In this document: one piece after another, positions 1 through 10,922 of the stretch | Layout of the letters: every line of letters starts with the position of its first letter | Position numbering within the stretch: the first letter of the stretch is position 1 | DNA from: Gemmatimonadota bacterium | GTDB taxonomy: Bacteria > Gemmatimonadota > Gemmatimonadetes > Longimicrobiales > RSA9 | Assembly (NCBI GenBank): GCA_052389275.1 | Contig: JBQTID010000074.1 | Coordinates: 1-57,296, forward strand | Length of the DNA: 57,296 nt | Reading direction: 5' to 3' | Made by a program: the position numbers and the translations under genes | The notes under the pieces: generated by a model | Databases searched by the model: none | What the model saw: the letters and a program-made list of their open reading frames with translations, nothing else | What the model was told of the DNA's origin: nothing

Positions 1-1
1 C

Positions 2-377
2 TCCTGTATATTACGCGTTCATCACGTGCTTGGCCCCGGCTTCCTGGAAATTATCTATAGACGCGCGCTGGTAATTGAACTCAACAAGCACGGTCTCGCT
101 ACCGAAATAGAAAAGGGATACCTATCTATTACGAAGGCGTGCGACTGGGGCAGCGCAAGCTCGACATTCTCGTCGAGGGGCCAAGCTCATTGCCGAGCTG
201 AAGACAGTAGAAGCGCTTAGCAAAGCGCACTATGCGCAGGTGCGATCTTATCTCAAAGCAACCGGCTTGAGGGTTGCGCTGCTGGTCAATTTCGCAGCCG
301 CTCGCGTCAATTTCCGGCGTATACTGTCGCCACAGTCTCCACCGTCCCCAATGTCCCCATTCTTGCAGAAGCGGTGA
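2..377 (+). pseudogene. GxxExxY family protein (PD-(D/E)xK-like), 5'-truncated by the window edge, two frameshifts
   Basis: Frame 2 reads VHHVLGPGFLEIIYRRAL (GxxExxY motif). It continues as IPIYYEG..KLDILVEG in frame 1 and KLIAELKTVEAL..YAQVRSYLKATG..ALLVNF in frame 3 to TGA at 375-377. Both shifts lie in homopolymers (AAAAGGG, GGGGCC), so they may be sequencing errors. Confidence 0.85.
325..360 (+). repeat. Degenerate 9-bp tandem repeat (4 copies) at the 3' end of the GxxExxY gene
   Basis: TGTCGCCAC AGTCTCCAC CGTCCCCAA TGTCCCCAT, encoding SPQSPPSPMSP. Confidence 0.65.
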
Positions 378-387
378 AAACCGTTCA

Positions 388-1326
388 TCAGCTCGCTTGC
401 GATTCCTTGTATAGATCGCGATAGGACTCGTAGCGCGCGCGCGACAACGAGCCGGCCGCCACTGCATCACGTATCGCGCAGTCCGGCTCGTGGATGTGCG
501 TGCACGACGTCGTGAATTTGCAATCGCCGATCAGCGCGCGAAATTCCGGAAAGCAGATGTCGAGGCTGTCCGGATTGATCTCGAACAGACCCACTTCGCG
601 AATGCCGGGCGTGTCCACGATGTAGCCGCCGCACGCAAGCGGAATCAGCTGCGCCGCGACCGTCGTGTGCCTGCCCTTCACGACCGCATCGGAAATCTCA
701 GCGGTCCGCAGCTCGATGCCGGGCTCCAGCAGATTGAGCATGCTCGACTTGCCGACACCGGACGGACCGGTGAGCACGCTCTCACGACCGCACACACGCG
801 CGCTCAGCTCGGCGACCGCAACGTTCTCCTTGACGCTCGTGAACAATACTTCATAACCGGCAGCGATATAGTCGCGAAACAGCTCGCGCGCGCCGTCCGC
901 AGCGATGAGATCGAGCTTGTTGACTACGATGAGCGACGGCAGGTCGTTGGCTTCGGCGAGCACGAGGAAACGGTCGATCATGCGCAGCCTGGGCTCGGGG
1001 CGCGCGGCGGCAACCATGATGACAACCTGATCGACGTTTGCAACCACTATCTTGGCGCGCTGATGCTCGCCACGCCCGGGCGCGCGGCGAGCCAGCTCGC
1101 TCTTGCGCGCGGCAACCTCTTCGATCGCGTAGCTGCGATCTTCATCGTGCAGCTCGACTCGCACGCGGTCACCTGCAACAACGCGGTCGCCTGTCCGCTG
1201 CTCGAGCTTCAGACGACCGCGTAGCGCGGCATCAACCTGCTGATTTGTGTCGAGAAGGATCCGGTAAATGCCACCGGTTCCCCATAGAACGATGCCGTTG
1301 AAGTGGGAGATCGCGGCGCGGGGCAT
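388..1326 (-). CDS. rsgA: Ribosome small subunit-dependent GTPase A
   Basis: Circularly permuted GTPase motifs NKLD, GPSGVGKSS, GRHTT, DTPG; C-terminal zinc site CKFTTSCTHIHEPDC. Confidence 0.95.
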   Translation of the reverse strand: MPRAAISHFNGIVLWGTGGIYRILLDTNQQVDAALRGRLKLEQRTGDRVVAGDRVRVELHDEDRSYAIEEVAARKSELARRAPGRGEHQRAKIVVANVDQVVIMVAAARPEPRLRMIDRFLVLAEANDLPSLIVVNKLDLIAADGARELFRDYIAAGYEVLFTSVKENVAVAELSARVCGRESVLTGPSGVGKSSMLNLLEPGIELRTAEISDAVVKGRHTTVAAQLIPLACGGYIVDTPGIREVGLFEINPDSLDICFPEFRALIGDCKFTTSCTHIHEPDCAIRDAVAAGSLSRARYESYRDLYKESQAS

Positions 1327-1374
1327 TATTGGGCGTGCCGCCTCCGGGCGTCACGCTTGCAAGTGAAGGGCGCC

Positions 1375-2292
1375 TTAGGCCGCGAAGCTTTCGAGTGCAT
1401 CTCCGAGATCGCCTTCGCGCAGCCGCTTGAGCGCCCGATCGCGCAGCTGCCGCACACGCTCGCGCGTGACACCGAGCATGTTGCCGATCTCCTCCAGCGT
1501 ATGCTCGCGGCCGGCTTCCAGGCCGAAATACAGCCGCAGCACGCGCGCATCGCGCGGCGTAAGCGTGTCGAGCGCGCGCTCGATCTGCTCGGCGAGCAGG
1601 CGCTCCTCGACCAGGATCTCCGGCTCGAAAGCTTCCTCGACGATGAACCGCTCGACCAGTTGGCTGTCATCACTGTCGCCGATCGGCGCGTCGAGTCGGA
1701 TCTCCGCCGCATTCAGTGTCTGGAGTGATTCCACGATTTCCGGCGTCAGCTTCGCCGCTTGCGCGACTTCCTCCGTACTCGGATCGCGCCGCAGCTCCTG
1801 CTTCAAGCGCTCCCGCTCGCGGAAGATGCGGGCAAGATCGCTCGCCCGATTCAAAGGCACTCTTACCGCGCGACCCTGATTCGCCAGCGCTGAAAGAATC
1901 GCCTGCCGAATCCACCACACCGCATACGAAATGAATTTGACGCCCTGCTCGGGATCGAATTTGCGCGCAGCCGTGACCAGCCCGACGTTGCCCTCCTGGA
2001 TCAGGTCCGTGAGCGAAACGCCGCGGTTCTGGTATTTCTTCGCGACACTGATGACGAAACGCAGATTCGAGCGTACCAGCTTGTTGATCGCGTCTTCGTC
2101 ACCTTTTTGCGCACGCCGCCCCAGCTCGATCTCATCCTGAACCGTGAGCAGCTTGTGGCGGCTCACTTCCTTCAGGTATTGATCGAGCGCGGTATAGTCC
2201 TCAGCAGCACCGAGGAAATCCTCGAAGCCGTCGGACTTGCGACGCCGCTTCTTGCGGCTATCCAGTGCCGTTCTCACGATCGGAGTGTCCAA
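1375..2292 (-). CDS. RpoD/SigA-family sigma factor lacking region 1.1
   Basis: NLRFVISVAKKY, DLIQEGNVGL, KFISYAVWWIRQ, TLEEIG..VTRERVRQ. Confidence 0.93.
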   Translation of the reverse strand: MDTPIVRTALDSRKKRRRKSDGFEDFLGAAEDYTALDQYLKEVSRHKLLTVQDEIELGRRAQKGDEDAINKLVRSNLRFVISVAKKYQNRGVSLTDLIQEGNVGLVTAARKFDPEQGVKFISYAVWWIRQAILSALANQGRAVRVPLNRASDLARIFRERERLKQELRRDPSTEEVAQAAKLTPEIVESLQTLNAAEIRLDAPIGDSDDSQLVERFIVEEAFEPEILVEERLLAEQIERALDTLTPRDARVLRLYFGLEAGREHTLEEIGNMLGVTRERVRQLRDRALKRLREGDLGDALESFAA

Positions 2293-2373
2293 AATCCTAT
2301 CCCGTTGTTGCGCTACTTCGAAATGCGCAAAATCATTGCCGCAACTCTAACACCCAGAACCCCAGGCAAGTTC

Positions 2374-2898
2374 CTACTCACCGGGCTCATTCGTGATGAT
2401 GGTAGAATCCGCCTCGTAGCCGGCCAGCAAGGAATCCAGTGTCGGCGGCGCGTTTCCGCCCCCCCGCGCCAATGACCCTCGCAGGGCGATGACTTTTCGC
2501 CGCAGCTCCGTCACCTCCCGCGTAACCGTCACCTGATCGACACCACTGCGCATTTGCGCCATAATCCGATCAGCCAATGCCTGGATCTGTCGAAGGTATG
2601 AGCTGAGGTCGTAGGCGTTAGCCGTCAGCCAGGCAAATGGGATCTCCGATTCCAGCAGTCGGTCGGTAATGGCTTCAGCCCGTAGAATATTCCCTTCCGC
2701 CGAGCCATCCATTCCCTTGCCCAGCGCCTCGGACAATTCTTTCTCGAGCTCTTTGAGACTTTGGTCGAGAGGCAGATTCTGGCGCGCCAATGCGGCGGCC
2801 GGTGGGGGTGCCGGCTGTGACGTAGCGCTTTCCTCGGGATTCTGACGGCAGCCCGTGATGGCCGCGATCCCCGTCGCAATGAACAGTACTCGCAGCAT
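2374..2898 (-). CDS. Hypothetical lipoprotein
   Basis: Start chosen at MLRVLFIATGIAAITGC (signal peptide with lipobox); helical mature part. Confidence 0.7.
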   Translation of the reverse strand: MLRVLFIATGIAAITGCRQNPEESATSQPAPPPAAALARQNLPLDQSLKELEKELSEALGKGMDGSAEGNILRAEAITDRLLESEIPFAWLTANAYDLSSYLRQIQALADRIMAQMRSGVDQVTVTREVTELRRKVIALRGSLARGGGNAPPTLDSLLAGYEADSTIITNEPGE

Positions 2899-2926
2899 GC
2901 CGATCGGTCGGGCAAGGCCTATGCCC

Positions 2927-2958
2927 CGATTGCGATGGCGATAGCGAAAGCGATAGCG
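2927..2958. repeat. Hexamer tandem repeat (CGATAG-like, about 5 copies) between divergent genes
   Basis: CGATTG CGATGG CGATAG CGAAAG CGATAG CG. Confidence 0.6.
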
Positions 2959-2966
2959 TTTCCGGC

Positions 2967-3617
2967 GTGCCACTAAATTCCTTTGGCGCGAGCGACATTG
3001 GTAGAATGCGCACGCGCAATGAAGATGCGTTTGGTATACGAACGGACCTCGCCATTTTCGCGGTTGCCGATGGCATGGGCGGTCACGCCGCCGGTGATGT
3101 CGCGAGCCGAACTGCGCTCGATGCCTTCATGAGCGCGATCGCTACCATGCCCATGGCAGCCGCGGTCAGCCTAGCCAATCGAGCCGTGTGGCAGCAAGCG
3201 CAAGAAAATCCGCAAAGGAGCGGCATGGGCACTACGCTGACCGCGGCGCACTTCGAGTCGGCGTCCGAGCTGGTGTGCGGACATGTCGGCGACTCGCGGT
3301 TGTATCGCTTGCGTGATGGCGCGCTCGAGCAGCTCACGCGCGATCATGCGATTCCACGCACCAGCATGCTCACCCGCGCGATCGGAACTCAAGCCGATGT
3401 GGAAGTCGATGTCTTTCGCGCATCGGTGGTTGCCGGAGATCGGTATTTGTTGTGCTCGGATGGCCTGACCGGAATGGTCGTGCCTGAAGATCTGCGGCTG
3501 ATTCTATCACAAAGAGGGACACTGGAAGAGATTTGCGGTGATCTCGTGAACGCCGCCAACGCGCGTGGCGGCATTGACAATATCACGGCAATTGTAATTG
3601 AGAGTGTGGGAATGTGA
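2967..3617 (+). CDS. PP2C/PPM-family Ser/Thr protein phosphatase
   Basis: RNEDA, VADGMGGH, HVGDSR, LCSDGL, DNIT motifs. Confidence 0.93.
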   Translation: MPLNSFGASDIGRMRTRNEDAFGIRTDLAIFAVADGMGGHAAGDVASRTALDAFMSAIATMPMAAAVSLANRAVWQQAQENPQRSGMGTTLTAAHFESASELVCGHVGDSRLYRLRDGALEQLTRDHAIPRTSMLTRAIGTQADVEVDVFRASVVAGDRYLLCSDGLTGMVVPEDLRLILSQRGTLEEICGDLVNAANARGGIDNITAIVIESVGM

Positions 3618-3723
3618 GAATGTGTGAATGTGTGAATGTGTGAATGTGAGAAGTGTCCCACACTCCCACACTCTCACACTCTCACACTCTCACACTCTCA
3701 CACTCTCACACTCTCACACTCTC
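3602..3723. repeat. Inverted pair of 8-bp tandem arrays between convergent stop codons
   Basis: Left arm (ATGTGWGA)n with about 6 units; right arm (TCYCACAC) x8; the arms are near reverse complements. Confidence 0.9.
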
Positions 3724-4103
3724 TACTGCCGCCGTTCTTTGAGCCGCTCCTGTCTCGCCTTCATCCGCTCATCCACTTCAGTCACATTCTTCTCGAAAAT
3801 CTCGAGCTGCGCGGGCGTCAGGATCGAACGGATCTCCGCCACCATTTGCTCGTGACGCTGCTTCATATCGGCGCGAACCTTCGCGCGATCTTCGTGATCT
3901 TTGTGATCTTCATGTTCGATACGCTTCGGCATGCCGTGCTTCTCGCGCAGCGCCTTGAGCTGTTCCCGTTGCTGCTTCGTCAGCTCAATGCCCTTGAGCA
4001 ATTGCGCACCGGAGCCGCCTCGCTTCATCTGCTGCGCGGGTGAGACGGACGCAGCGCCGAGCGTCAAAGCCAGCGCGATGCACGCCATGATCATGCGTTT
4101 CAT
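3723..4103 (-). CDS. Spy/CpxP-like periplasmic helical protein
   Basis: Signal peptide and two LTxxQ motifs (LTKQQ, LTPAQ). Confidence 0.75.
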   Translation of the reverse strand: MKRMIMACIALALTLGAASVSPAQQMKRGGSGAQLLKGIELTKQQREQLKALREKHGMPKRIEHEDHKDHEDRAKVRADMKQRHEQMVAEIRSILTPAQLEIFEKNVTEVDERMKARQERLKERRQ

Positions 4104-4163
4104 AGCAAACTCCCGAATTGTTGATGTTTCGTTATAGAGATGATGCGCGGGCGGATGGAAACG

Positions 4164-5366
4164 TTAGGCGAGGACGATTTCGCGAATGCGCGCTTCGTCG
4201 AGTCGGTGCCGGCCGCCGCTCACGAATACGCGCAGCACGCGCGCGGTCCGGTACAGCTCGTCGGCAATGCGCGGCAGGCCGATCAATCCTGCGCGCCCGC
4301 CGGGTCCAAGGCGCAACACTTCACCGGTCTTGCGCTCGACCAGCAGGTCCAGCGCGAACATGGCTTTCTTTTCCGGATAGTCCACGTAGACCTGCTCGGC
4401 GGCAACGCCCATTTCGTCCGCCAGCTTTGCCTCCGCGGCTCCTGCGTCAACCGCCGCAGCGCCGAGCTCCGCGGCAACGAACTCGCCCGCTCGCTTCGGC
4501 AGCTTGCGGTCGCGCAGCTGCTGCACGCGCGCGTCGGCCGGAACGCGCGACTCGATCAGGAACAGCACGCCCTCGTCCGTTTGTCCGATCAGCTCATCAC
4601 TTGTCACCGAGCCCGCGCTCAACGCGTCCGACACGATCCGCTTGTACATCACGGTTGCCGCACGCACCGCGTGATGCCAGTAAACGTTGCGGAACATCTG
4701 ATACTTGGCGAACAGCAAGGACTCCAGCGATGCGACACCCTTCTCGTGAACACCGACCTCGAGCCTGCCGCTTTCCGGATCGCGCACAATGGTGAGCGAG
4801 TGCAGCAATCGGTCGACGTCGACTTCGCCGTAGGGAACACCACAGAAGAATGCGTCGCGCTTCAGGTAATCGATCTTGTCCAGGTCGAGACTGCCGCTGA
4901 CCAATCCTTGCAGCGGACTGGCTGATTCGCCGCGCACCAGCGCCTGCACCGCCTCCAGGATTGGATCGCTCAATGCGGACCGCACAGCGGCATCGTTCAG
5001 AAAACGGCCGACCAGAGCCTCATGGTCCTCGGGAATCTGTTCGGACTCGAGTTCTTCGAGCGCGTGCGAGAATGGATAGTGTCCAATGTCATGCAGCAGT
5101 CCGGCGTACGGAATGACCAGCGCGTCCTGCGCGCTGATTTCAGCGAAGAGTCTGTGGCCGCGCAGAAGCGTGAGCGCGCGCTTCGCCAGATGATAGACTC
5201 CGAGTGCGTGGTCGAAGCGGGTGTGCGATGCGCCAGGATAAACCAGATGGGCAAGACCGAGTTGGCGTATGTAGCGAAGGCGTTGAAAGGACGGGCTGTC
5301 TACAATGCGAACAGCAACATCGTCGAGCCGAACGGTATCCCAGAGCGGGTCACGTATCAGTACCAC
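4164..5366 (-). CDS. HD-domain phosphohydrolase (SAMHD1/dNTPase-like)
   Basis: FQRLRYIRQLG, HTRFDHALG, LLHDIGH, DLDKIDYLKRD motifs. Confidence 0.9.
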   Translation of the reverse strand: MVLIRDPLWDTVRLDDVAVRIVDSPSFQRLRYIRQLGLAHLVYPGASHTRFDHALGVYHLAKRALTLLRGHRLFAEISAQDALVIPYAGLLHDIGHYPFSHALEELESEQIPEDHEALVGRFLNDAAVRSALSDPILEAVQALVRGESASPLQGLVSGSLDLDKIDYLKRDAFFCGVPYGEVDVDRLLHSLTIVRDPESGRLEVGVHEKGVASLESLLFAKYQMFRNVYWHHAVRAATVMYKRIVSDALSAGSVTSDELIGQTDEGVLFLIESRVPADARVQQLRDRKLPKRAGEFVAAELGAAAVDAGAAEAKLADEMGVAAEQVYVDYPEKKAMFALDLLVERKTGEVLRLGPGGRAGLIGLPRIADELYRTARVLRVFVSGGRHRLDEARIREIVLA

Positions 5367-5367
5367 T

Positions 5368-5407
5368 CATGCTCCCATGCTCCCATGCTCCCATGCTCCC
5401 ATGCTCC
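5368..5407. repeat. 8-bp tandem repeat (CATGCTCC) x5
   Basis: Five perfect copies fill the gap between the pckG stop and the HD gene start. Confidence 0.95.
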
Positions 5408-5411
5408 CCAA

Positions 5412-7265
5412 CTAATCGGGCATCATTTCCCAGCGCTTCGGCGAGCGCCAGATGCTCGACATCATTAGCTGCCGCATGAATACGAACTCTTTCGGCAGCC
5501 GGTCGTACAGCTTGGTGAACAAGCCATCGTGCATCTGCAGCTCGTTCATCCACTCGTCACGGTCGACCGCCATCAGCTGCTGCGTAAACGCATCGCGCGA
5601 GAACTCGAGCCCTTTCCAATCAATGTCTTCATAGCGGGGCATGAAGCCGAGCGGACCCTCGAGTGCGTAGCCGCGGCCGTTGACGCGATCCACGATCCAT
5701 TTCAGCACCCGCATGTTCTCGCTGTATCCCGGCCAAATGAATTTGCCCTCAGCATTTTTGCGGAACCAGTTGACGCCGAATATGCGCGGCGGATTCTTCA
5801 GCTTGCGGCCGATCTCCAGCCAATGATTGAAATAATCACCCATGTGATAACCGCAGAACGGCAGCATCGCGAATGGATCGCGCCGCACTTCACCAACGTT
5901 GCCCGCCGCCGCCGCCGTAGTCTCGGAGCCCATGGTCGCGGCAAGGTAAACGCCGAAATTCCAGCCGATCGCCTGGTAGACGAGCGGTACGGTTCGATTG
6001 CGCCGGCCGCCGAAAATGAATGCGCTGATTTTCACGCCCTTCGGATCTTCCCAGTTCGGATCGATCGAAGGGCATTGGCTTGCGGGTGCGGTGAAGCGCG
6101 AATTCGGATGCGCTGCCGGCGTGCCCCTGTCCGGTGTCCACGGCTCCCCACGCCAGTCGGTCACTTGCTGGGGCGGCTTCTCGGTGAGGCCTTCCCACCA
6201 GACATCGCCGTCGCCGGTGAGCGCGACATTCGTGTAAATGGTGTTCGCGCGCAGCGTCGCCATGGCATTCGGGTTCGATTTTTCATTCGTGCCCGGTGCC
6301 ACACCGAAGAAACCCGATTCCGGATTGATCGCGTACAGCTCGCCATCCTCACCGGGCGTGATCCACGCGATGTCGTCACCGACGGTCGTGATCGTCCAAC
6401 CCTTGAACGCGGGCGGCGGAATCAGCATGGCGAAGTTGGTCTTGCCGCACGCGCTCGGGAATGCAGCCGCAACGTAGGTCTTCTCGCCGTGCGGATCCTC
6501 CACGCCCATGATCAGCATGTGCTCCGCCAGCCAGCCCTGATCGCGCGCCATGGCGGAGGCAATGCGCAGCGCAAAGCATTTCTTGCCGAGCAAAGCATTG
6601 CCGCCATAGCCGCTGCCGTACGACCAGATCGAGCGTTCCTGCGGAAAATGCACGATGTACTTTACTTCGCGATTGCACGGCCACGACACGTCCTGCTGCC
6701 CGGGCTCGAGCGGCGCGCCGACACTGTGCATGCAGGGCACGAAATGACCATCCTCGCCAAGCGCGTCGTAAACCGCGCGCCCCATGCGCGTCATGATGCG
6801 CATGTTCACGACGACGTATGCCGAATCCGACAGCTCGACGCCGATGTGCGAGATGGGCGAGCCGATCGGTCCCATGCTGAACGGCACGACATACAGCGTG
6901 CGGCCGCGCATGCACCCGTCGAACAGGCGGTTCAGCTCCGCTTTCATTTTCCCCGGCGGCACCCAGTTATTGGTGGGACCAGCGTCGTGTTGCGCAGAGC
7001 TGCAGATAAAGGTGCGATCCTCGACCCGCGCGACATCGCTCGGATCGGACCACGCGAGGTAACTGTTGGGACGTTTCTTCTCGTTCAGCTTGATGAATGT
7101 GCCGGCGCTCACCAGCTCGGCGCACAGGCGCTGCCATTCCTCCTCTGAGCCGTCGCAGAAATGTACGCGCTCCGGTTTGCAGAGCGTTGCCATCTCCTCG
7201 ATCCAGCGGCGCAGACCGTTGTGCTTGACGTATTCCGGAAAATCAACCTTACTGTTGCGATTCAT
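5412..7265 (-). CDS. pckG: Phosphoenolpyruvate carboxykinase (GTP)
   Basis: [46 protein letters not shown] motifs; start placed at MNRNSK. Confidence 0.95.
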   Translation of the reverse strand: MNRNSKVDFPEYVKHNGLRRWIEEMATLCKPERVHFCDGSEEEWQRLCAELVSAGTFIKLNEKKRPNSYLAWSDPSDVARVEDRTFICSSAQHDAGPTNNWVPPGKMKAELNRLFDGCMRGRTLYVVPFSMGPIGSPISHIGVELSDSAYVVVNMRIMTRMGRAVYDALGEDGHFVPCMHSVGAPLEPGQQDVSWPCNREVKYIVHFPQERSIWSYGSGYGGNALLGKKCFALRIASAMARDQGWLAEHMLIMGVEDPHGEKTYVAAAFPSACGKTNFAMLIPPPAFKGWTITTVGDDIAWITPGEDGELYAINPESGFFGVAPGTNEKSNPNAMATLRANTIYTNVALTGDGDVWWEGLTEKPPQQVTDWRGEPWTPDRGTPAAHPNSRFTAPASQCPSIDPNWEDPKGVKISAFIFGGRRNRTVPLVYQAIGWNFGVYLAATMGSETTAAAAGNVGEVRRDPFAMLPFCGYHMGDYFNHWLEIGRKLKNPPRIFGVNWFRKNAEGKFIWPGYSENMRVLKWIVDRVNGRGYALEGPLGFMPRYEDIDWKGLEFSRDAFTQQLMAVDRDEWMNELQMHDGLFTKLYDRLPKEFVFMRQLMMSSIWRSPKRWEMMPD

Positions 7266-9570
7266 GGCGCAGAGAATCATGCATTGAATCCTCATTGGCA
7301 AGGGAGGCTTCCGTGCGCCTTCTCTGCTGCGCGTCCACCACGGCAATGGCGGTCAGGTTGACGATGTCGGCGGCCTCACTGCCGCGCTGAAGCACGTGCA
7401 CCGGTTGCGCCATGCCGAGCAGGATCGGACCGATCGCTTCGGCGCCACCCAGGCGCCACAAGAGTTTGTATGCGATGTTGGCCGAATTGAGGTCGGGGAA
7501 AACCAGCACGTTCGCCCGCTCCTGGAGCGTGCTGAACGGGTAGGTCTTATTCAGAATCTCCGGCAACACTGCCGTGTCCGCCTGCATCTCGCCATCGACG
7601 ATGAGCTCGGGCTCCTGCGACTTGATCAGCTGTACGGCGTCTCGAACCTTGTCACTCTGCGGACTGCGGGCTGATCCGAAGTTCGAGAACGACAGCAGCG
7701 CAATGTGCGGCTCGATGCCGAGCCGCCGCACGTATTGAGCTGACAGCAATGCGATCTCGGCCAGGGTTTCCGCGTCAGGATCGATGTTCACGGTCGTGTC
7801 CGCGAAGAACATCACTTCCTGTTCGAGAATCATCATGTACAGCCCTGCCACGTGCTTGACATGCGCGGCCGTGCCGATGGCTTCGAGTGCGGGCCTGATG
7901 GTGTCGGGATACGCGACTTCCTGGCCGGCAATCAAACCGTCCGCATCGCCTTCGCGTACCATCATGCAGCCGAAGTAGGTAGCGTTGCGCATCATCTCGC
8001 GCGCGGTGTCGAGGGTGACGCCGCGGCGCTGGCGCGAGCGGAAGAACTCTGCTGCGTACCGCTCCTTGCGCTCCTCGTCCGCCCAGTGTTCGACAATGGT
8101 TACGCCGCTCAGATCGAGATGCAGCGCGCTCGCCGCTTCACGAATCCTGACCTCGCGCCCGAGCAGCAGCGGCCGCGCAATACCTTCCTCCCTGCTCGCG
8201 ACCGCGGCGCGGATGATGGTCGGATTCTCACCTTCGGGAAACACGATGCGCTTCGGATCGCGCTGCGCGCGCAGAATGTAGTCGCGCATGACTTCCCGGC
8301 GTCGGCCCAGGCGCCCTTCGAGCTGATTGCGATACTCGGCGAGATCGATCTGGATGCGCGCGACCGCGGTTTCCATCGCGGCTTTCGCGACCGCCGGCGC
8401 GACCCACAACAGCACGCGCGGATCGAACGGCTTCGGAATCAGGTAGTCCTTGCCGAAGCGAAAGGTGGCTTGACCGTATGCAGCCGCGACCGCTTCCGGC
8501 ACGTCCTGCTTCGCGAGCTCGGCCAGCGCCCTGGTCGCCGCCATCTTCATCTCTTCGTTGATCGCGCGCGCCCGTACATCCAGCGCGCCGCGAAAGATGA
8601 AAGGAAACCCGAGCACGTTGTTGACCTGATTCGGATAATCGGAGCGGCCGGTCGCCATGATCGCGTCGGCGCGCACGGCATGCACATCTTCCGGCGTGAT
8701 CTCGGGATCCGGATTGGCCAGCGCGAAGATGATCGGCTGCGCCGCCATCTTTTCGACCATCGCTTGCGTGACTGCGCCCGCAACCGACAACCCCACGAAA
8801 ACGTCCGCACCGTCTAGCGCATCCGCGATCGTCGCCTTCGTGGACTTCTGGACAAAACGCGCCTTGTACGGGTCAAGTCCAGCTTCGCGTCCTGCGCGTA
8901 TCACGCCCTGCCGGTCGCACATGTAGATATGCTGACGCTGCACGCCCAGCCGCACGTAATGCTCGGCAGTCGCGATCGCCGCTGCGCCCGCGCCGCTGAA
9001 GACTACGACGACATGCTCGATTCGTTTGCCGGTGACTTCCAGCGCGTTCAGCAGTGCAGCGCCGCTGATGATGGCAGTGCCGTGCTGGTCGTCATGAAAG
9101 ACCGGAATCTCGAGCTTCTGCTTGAGCTGCTCTTCGATGTAGAAGCAATCGGGCGCGGCGATGTCCTCCAGGTTGATGCCGCCTACGGTGGGCTCGAGCA
9201 GCTCGCAAAAACGGATGATCTCGTCCGCGTTGGTGCTGTCGACTTCGATGTCGAATACGTCTATGTCAGCGAATTTCTTGAAGAGAACGCCTTTCCCCTC
9301 CATGACCGGCTTGGCGCCGAGCGGCCCGAGATTGCCGAGACCGAGCACCGCGGTGCCGTTGGATACGACTGCCACCAGATTGCCGCGCGCCGTGTACTTG
9401 AAGACGTCATCGGGATTTTTGGCGATATCACGGCACGGCTCGGCAACTCCAGGAGTATATGCCAGCGAAAGATCCCGCTGTGTGCCGACCGGCTTGGTCG
9501 CGACTACCGCGATTTTACCGGGCCTGCCTCGCGCGTGATACTCGAGTGCCTCGCCCCGTTTGTCCGCCAT
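7249..9570 (-). CDS. maeB: NADP-dependent malic enzyme with C-terminal phosphotransacetylase-like domain
   Basis: [31 protein letters not shown] motifs, followed by a PTA domain (RIVFPEG, DGEMQAD). Confidence 0.95.
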   Translation of the reverse strand: MADKRGEALEYHARGRPGKIAVVATKPVGTQRDLSLAYTPGVAEPCRDIAKNPDDVFKYTARGNLVAVVSNGTAVLGLGNLGPLGAKPVMEGKGVLFKKFADIDVFDIEVDSTNADEIIRFCELLEPTVGGINLEDIAAPDCFYIEEQLKQKLEIPVFHDDQHGTAIISGAALLNALEVTGKRIEHVVVVFSGAGAAAIATAEHYVRLGVQRQHIYMCDRQGVIRAGREAGLDPYKARFVQKSTKATIADALDGADVFVGLSVAGAVTQAMVEKMAAQPIIFALANPDPEITPEDVHAVRADAIMATGRSDYPNQVNNVLGFPFIFRGALDVRARAINEEMKMAATRALAELAKQDVPEAVAAAYGQATFRFGKDYLIPKPFDPRVLLWVAPAVAKAAMETAVARIQIDLAEYRNQLEGRLGRRREVMRDYILRAQRDPKRIVFPEGENPTIIRAAVASREEGIARPLLLGREVRIREAASALHLDLSGVTIVEHWADEERKERYAAEFFRSRQRRGVTLDTAREMMRNATYFGCMMVREGDADGLIAGQEVAYPDTIRPALEAIGTAAHVKHVAGLYMMILEQEVMFFADTTVNIDPDAETLAEIALLSAQYVRRLGIEPHIALLSFSNFGSARSPQSDKVRDAVQLIKSQEPELIVDGEMQADTAVLPEILNKTYPFSTLQERANVLVFPDLNSANIAYKLLWRLGGAEAIGPILLGMAQPVHVLQRGSEAADIVNLTAIAVVDAQQRRRTEASLANEDSMHDSLRHESQQ

Positions 9571-9654
9571 TGCCTGAGAGTAGCTCTCATACAAGCAGCG
9601 GTCCAGACGGTATGACCGCCTGAACCGCAATGACCGCCGGGTCGCCGCCGCGAC

Positions 9655-10836
9655 TTACCAGCTCGTCACGTACTTGTACAGCAACAGATTCGGAGTGCTA
9701 CAGCAGTTCCCGTTGATGACGCCGGACGTAGCTGCATTCAGCAGATAGCTGCGCACCGATGAAGAAGAAATGTCGCCGTAGCGATGCTTGATCAGCGCTG
9801 AAACACCGGCCACGTGCGGCGAGGCCATCGACGTACCGCTGATCGTGTTCGTCTCGGTCGTGCCGCTGCCGATCCACGCCGATTTGATCGCAGAACCCGG
9901 CGCATACAGCTCGACGCACGTTCCGTAATTCGAGTACGACGCCTTGTAATCTGTCTTGGTCGACGCAGCAACGGTAAAGACCGCGCTCGCACTGGAAGGT
10001 GAATAGTTGCACGCGTCCGCATTGCTGTTGCCGGCCGCAACCGCCACGAACACACCGGAATTCGCGAGATTGTTTACGGCCGTGTTCAGCGATGACGAAT
10101 AGCCGCCACCCAGCGACATGTTGGCGACTGCCGGATTGATGCGATTCGAGCGTACCCAGTCGACCGCGGAGATGATGCCGGAGGTCGAACCCGAGCCGCT
10201 GCAATCGAGCACCCGCACGCCGCGCAGATACGCTTTCTTCGCCACACCGTACGTCTTGCCGCCGACCGTTCCGCCCACGTGCGTGCCGTGACCGTTGCAA
10301 TCGTTGCCATTGCCGCCGAACGCGTCGTAGACATTGGACGCGCGACCCTCGAACTGGCCGTGGCCGGTATCGAGACCCGTGTCGATGATGTAGGCGCGCA
10401 CGCCCGAGCCGGTGTAGCTGTACGTGTACGTCCCGTCCAGCGGCAGATAGCGCTGGTTGATGCGGTCGAGCCCCCACGGGTCGCCATTCGAATCCATGTA
10501 CTGCGTCGCATCCAACGTGACCGTTTGATCCGGCTCGATGTAGTCGACGTTTGGATTGCGGCGCAACGCAGTCAATTGACCGGCATTCAATGTGCCCGCA
10601 AAACCGTTCAGCGCAGACGTGTAGACATACCGGGGATTGACCCCCGCTACCGCGGCAACAGAACGCGGATCTGCACCGTCTTTCAGCACGACAATGTAGG
10701 AATCCTTGATATTCTGCCCCTGCACCGACAGCAGCGGCGCGCCGGCATCGGCCGGCGCCACCTGTGTCGGATCATCGGCGCACGCGGCCAGCGCCAGCAC
10801 GCACAACGCGAGTACTGCTAACTGCCGTTTGTTCAT
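9655..10836 (-). CDS. S8 subtilase (aqualysin/proteinase K-like) lipoprotein with I9 prodomain
   Basis: Lipobox LAAC; catalytic triad motifs IIDTG, HGTHV, GTSMASPHV. Confidence 0.93.
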   Translation of the reverse strand: MNKRQLAVLALCVLALAACADDPTQVAPADAGAPLLSVQGQNIKDSYIVVLKDGADPRSVAAVAGVNPRYVYTSALNGFAGTLNAGQLTALRRNPNVDYIEPDQTVTLDATQYMDSNGDPWGLDRINQRYLPLDGTYTYSYTGSGVRAYIIDTGLDTGHGQFEGRASNVYDAFGGNGNDCNGHGTHVGGTVGGKTYGVAKKAYLRGVRVLDCSGSGSTSGIISAVDWVRSNRINPAVANMSLGGGYSSSLNTAVNNLANSGVFVAVAAGNSNADACNYSPSSASAVFTVAASTKTDYKASYSNYGTCVELYAPGSAIKSAWIGSGTTETNTISGTSMASPHVAGVSALIKHRYGDISSSSVRSYLLNAATSGVINGNCCSTPNLLLYKYVTSW

Positions 10837-10860
10837 ATGCCCACCTCTCTGATCGTGAAG

Positions 10861-10894
10861 AAAAAGTGCCCGGCGTCGTTCCAACGCCGGGCAC
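10861..10894 (-). terminator. Intrinsic terminator-like hairpin between subtilase genes
   Basis: GTGCCCGGCGT..ACGCCGGGCAC stem with an adjacent A5 tract (U tract on the minus strand). Confidence 0.65.
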
Positions 10895-10922
10895 CCGGAA
10901 TCCGTCCGCCAGGACATAACCA

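Noticed and set aside
3602-5407. Tandem repeats as a CRISPR array
   Set aside because: The units are 8 bp with no unique spacers, and there are no cas genes.
5529-7148. 539-aa plus-strand ORF (and similar ORFs at 11073-12308 and 13780-14943)
   Set aside because: These are antisense shadows of pckG, a subtilase and the sigma54 activator.
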